Shown here: in pieces, positions 62,007 through 64,000 of the stretch
Layout: every line of letters begins with the position of its first letter
Numbering within the stretch: position 1 is the first letter of the stretch
NCBI GenBank assembly: GCA_943914835.1
Contig: CALUDO010000001.1
Location: forward strand, 125,608 to 189,607
DNA from: an uncultured Eremococcus sp.
Lineage (GTDB): Bacteria > Bacillota > Bacilli > Lactobacillales > Aerococcaceae
Length of the DNA stretch: 64,000 nt
Reading direction: 5' to 3'
Translations under genes and position numbers: made by a program
Notes under the pieces: model-generated
Told to the model about the DNA's origin: nothing
What the model saw: the letters and a program-made list of their open reading frames with translations, nothing else
Databases searched by the model: none

Positions 62007-63326
62007 ATGAGACCGCGTCGACCAAAGTCCGCCCAAGGACGTTGGAAAATAAATCAACCGGAAGTAAAATCCATACATGAAATTCCGTCTGGTCAGACCA
62101 GGGCTTCCTCCCATATCAATCAAGCTAGACTCAATCAATCTCACCAGGGCAATTACCGAATAAAGACTGATGAACTAAGTATTAGGGATAGTGGACGATA
62201 TAATCAGGTAAAAGGCCAGAGTCAAGATTTTTCTGGTAACTATCGAATAGAGAACTTCAGGTCGAAGGCTAATACAAATTCAACTAGATCTGATCAATTA
62301 ATGCCGCCTCGACAAGGTATGAGAGTCCGTGACTATCAAAGCAACCAACGAATTTATCAAAGTCGATTAAGGCAGCCAGACCCACAAGCAAATTATCGAG
62401 GAGCAAAGTCGAGGGTAGCTGGTTATACTGGGCAAAATTCAAATCGACAGAGACCTAGAAGTAGCCATTCTCAATCTCAAGTTCGCTATTTGGGAAATGA
62501 TTACCTGAATCATTCACATCCAAAGCGACCTAGGCAGGCTAGACATAAAGGTACAGGAATAGATTTGGGGCTTGAGGGCCTGCCGGGGGGACGGCCTAAA
62601 CTCTTTGCAGTCTATTCCCTTCTATACATATTAATGTTTTTAGCCTGCTTACAAATTCTCCCCTTCAATCGTGTCAATCAAGTAAAGGTAACGGGGATTG
62701 AAAGTTCCTTGGCTGACAGTGTTGCTAAGTCCTCTCGTATCCTTCCTTTTGACTCAAAAAAGGAAGTACTTCGTCAAAGACATGCAATCATAAAAAAAAT
62801 CAAAGAGGAGAATCCACAGGTAGATCAGGTAGAGATAAAGGCTGACCAATGGCCATATTTGGAATTGGCTGTCACTGCTAACGATTTTCTTGCTATTTTA
62901 CCTTCAGATTCAAGTGATACTATTTATTACCTACTTTCAAGTGGAGACAGCTTTGAAATGGATCAGGATCAAAGGAATCAAGTGACATCCTTGCCTAAAT
63001 TATATGATTTTAAGGATCAAGATAAATTGAATTTACTAGCCTCCAGCCTTAGTCATTTGGACAAGAATCTTTTGAAAGATATCGACAGTATTTATTTGTC
63101 ACAAAATACTAACAAGCCGAATACAATTGAAGTCAAAATGAAGGATGGCAATGTGGTCAAGGCCCTAATGTACACTTTTTCCCAAAAAATGCAATATTAT
63201 CCTCAAATGGTGCAGGAATTAGGTGGACGACAAGGGATTATCAATTTAGAAGTTGGAGCTTACTTCACACCGATGGATAATTCTGATAATAGTGTTAAAT
63301 TAGATACTAATATAGATAATTATTAA
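62007..63326 (+). CDS. divIB: Cell division protein DivIB/FtsQ with a roughly 195-aa low-complexity cytoplasmic tail
   Basis: TM helix (LFAVYSLLYILMFLACLQILPF), then POTRA-like and beta domains. The N-terminal Q/N/R/S-rich region has repeated (G/A)NYR motifs. Confidence 0.75.
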   Translation: MRPRRPKSAQGRWKINQPEVKSIHEIPSGQTRASSHINQARLNQSHQGNYRIKTDELSIRDSGRYNQVKGQSQDFSGNYRIENFRSKANTNSTRSDQLMPPRQGMRVRDYQSNQRIYQSRLRQPDPQANYRGAKSRVAGYTGQNSNRQRPRSSHSQSQVRYLGNDYLNHSHPKRPRQARHKGTGIDLGLEGLPGGRPKLFAVYSLLYILMFLACLQILPFNRVNQVKVTGIESSLADSVAKSSRILPFDSKKEVLRQRHAIIKKIKEENPQVDQVEIKADQWPYLELAVTANDFLAILPSDSSDTIYYLLSSGDSFEMDQDQRNQVTSLPKLYDFKDQDKLNLLASSLSHLDKNLLKDIDSIYLSQNTNKPNTIEVKMKDGNVVKALMYTFSQKMQYYPQMVQELGGRQGIINLEVGAYFTPMDNSDNSVKLDTNIDNY

Positions 63327-63456
63327 GGGACTTACTTATCTGAGTCTCTTTCTTCTTCATTTCAAATTTGGATTATGCTATCATAAACAATGTATTAAAA
63401 GACTCATTCAATCTCTGGAATTAGATAATCTTGAATACGAAGGGGGATACTTTTGA

Positions 63457-64000
63457 ATGAGAAACCAGGAAATATTTGTCAGCTTAGATATTGGAACAAC
63501 TTCAATTAAAGTTGTTGTTGCTGAGGCAATCAATGGTCAAGTGAATATTATCGGCGTTGGAAATGAGAAATCACGCGGTTTGAGTCGAGGTGTAATTGTT
63601 GATATTGATGAGACCGTCTATTCTATCCAACAAGCAATCAATCAGGCGGAACGCAAATCAGGTGTCCGTATTAATGAAGTGGTTGTTGGCATTCCTTCTA
63701 ATCAGTTAGCTATTGAAGAATGTCATGGCATGGTTGCTGTCTCTAATGATAATCGGGAAATTACTTCGCGTGATGTAGATAATGTGATTTCGGCTGCTAA
63801 GGTTCGTTCAGTTCCGCCAGAGCGTGAGATAGTTTCAGTCATTCCTGAAGAATTTATCGTGGATGGCTTCAATGGAATTCGCGATCCTCGAGGAATGATT
63901 GGAGTTCGTTTGGAATTATATGCTCGCATCCTTACTGGACCAAAAACTATTGTTCATAATATCAAACGGTGTGTTGAAAAGGCTGGTTTGAAAATTAATG
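63457..64000 (+). CDS. ftsA: Cell division protein FtsA (5' part; continues beyond window end)
   Basis: MRNQEIFVSLDIGTTSIKVVVAE... is an actin-like ATPase. SD AGGGGGAT. No stop codon before position 64000. Confidence 0.9.
   Translation, partial: MRNQEIFVSLDIGTTSIKVVVAEAINGQVNIIGVGNEKSRGLSRGVIVDIDETVYSIQQAINQAERKSGVRINEVVVGIPSNQLAIEECHGMVAVSNDNREITSRDVDNVISAAKVRSVPPEREIVSVIPEEFIVDGFNGIRDPRGMIGVRLELYARILTGPKTIVHNIKRCVEKAGLKIN

Overview
This 64-kb window is a low-GC (about 40%) Firmicute chromosome segment with Lactobacillales/Bacillales-like gene order. The organism guess is tentative. It is almost entirely conserved housekeeping DNA. Coding density is high and nearly all genes read on the + strand. 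In map order it contains: a partial dacA-like carboxypeptidase (- strand, running off the window start); an O-antigen-ligase-family membrane protein; infC-rpmI-rplT behind a leader; a heterodimeric ABC exporter pair; the B. subtilis yjb-type block spxH(yjbH)/relQ/nadK/rluD/mgtE; a DivIVA-like protein; prfC; ptsHI; a folT S-component (- strand) under a THF riboswitch; a GT4 glycolipid-synthase-like gene followed by a decayed yqeC-like dehydrogenase pseudogene; the yqe block (yqeG, yqeH, yhbY, nadD, yqeK, rsfS, yqeM-like methyltransferase); tmcAL; yceD-rpmF; clpP with a CtsR box; the complete cggR-gap-pgk-tpiA-gpmI-eno operon; a convergent block with a PNPOx-like gene, luxS, a tiny basic-peptide gene and uppP; an AI-2E transporter, lipoprotein, YqgA/DUF554 protein and LdcB-like M15 peptidase; gatD-murT (- strand); tdk-prfA-prmC-tsaC(sua5)-upp; mvaA-mvaS; ywzB-like/murA/mreB-like; and the dcw cluster mraZ-rsmH-ftsL-pbp2B-murE-mraY-murD-murG-divIB-ftsA. 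No rRNA or tRNA genes, CRISPR arrays, IS elements, prophage or obvious defence-system genes are visible. Intrinsic terminators and several recognisable operators (CtsR, CggR-like, MraZ repeats) are present. I do not see a clearly novel multi-gene system. The most interesting items are the THF riboswitch-folT unit, a self-contained 36-codon basic-peptide transcription unit, the decayed oxidoreductase gene, the AI-2E/lipoprotein operon near luxS, and the long repetitive N-terminal tail of DivIB. All calls are made by eye from the sequence and the ORF track, without database searches.
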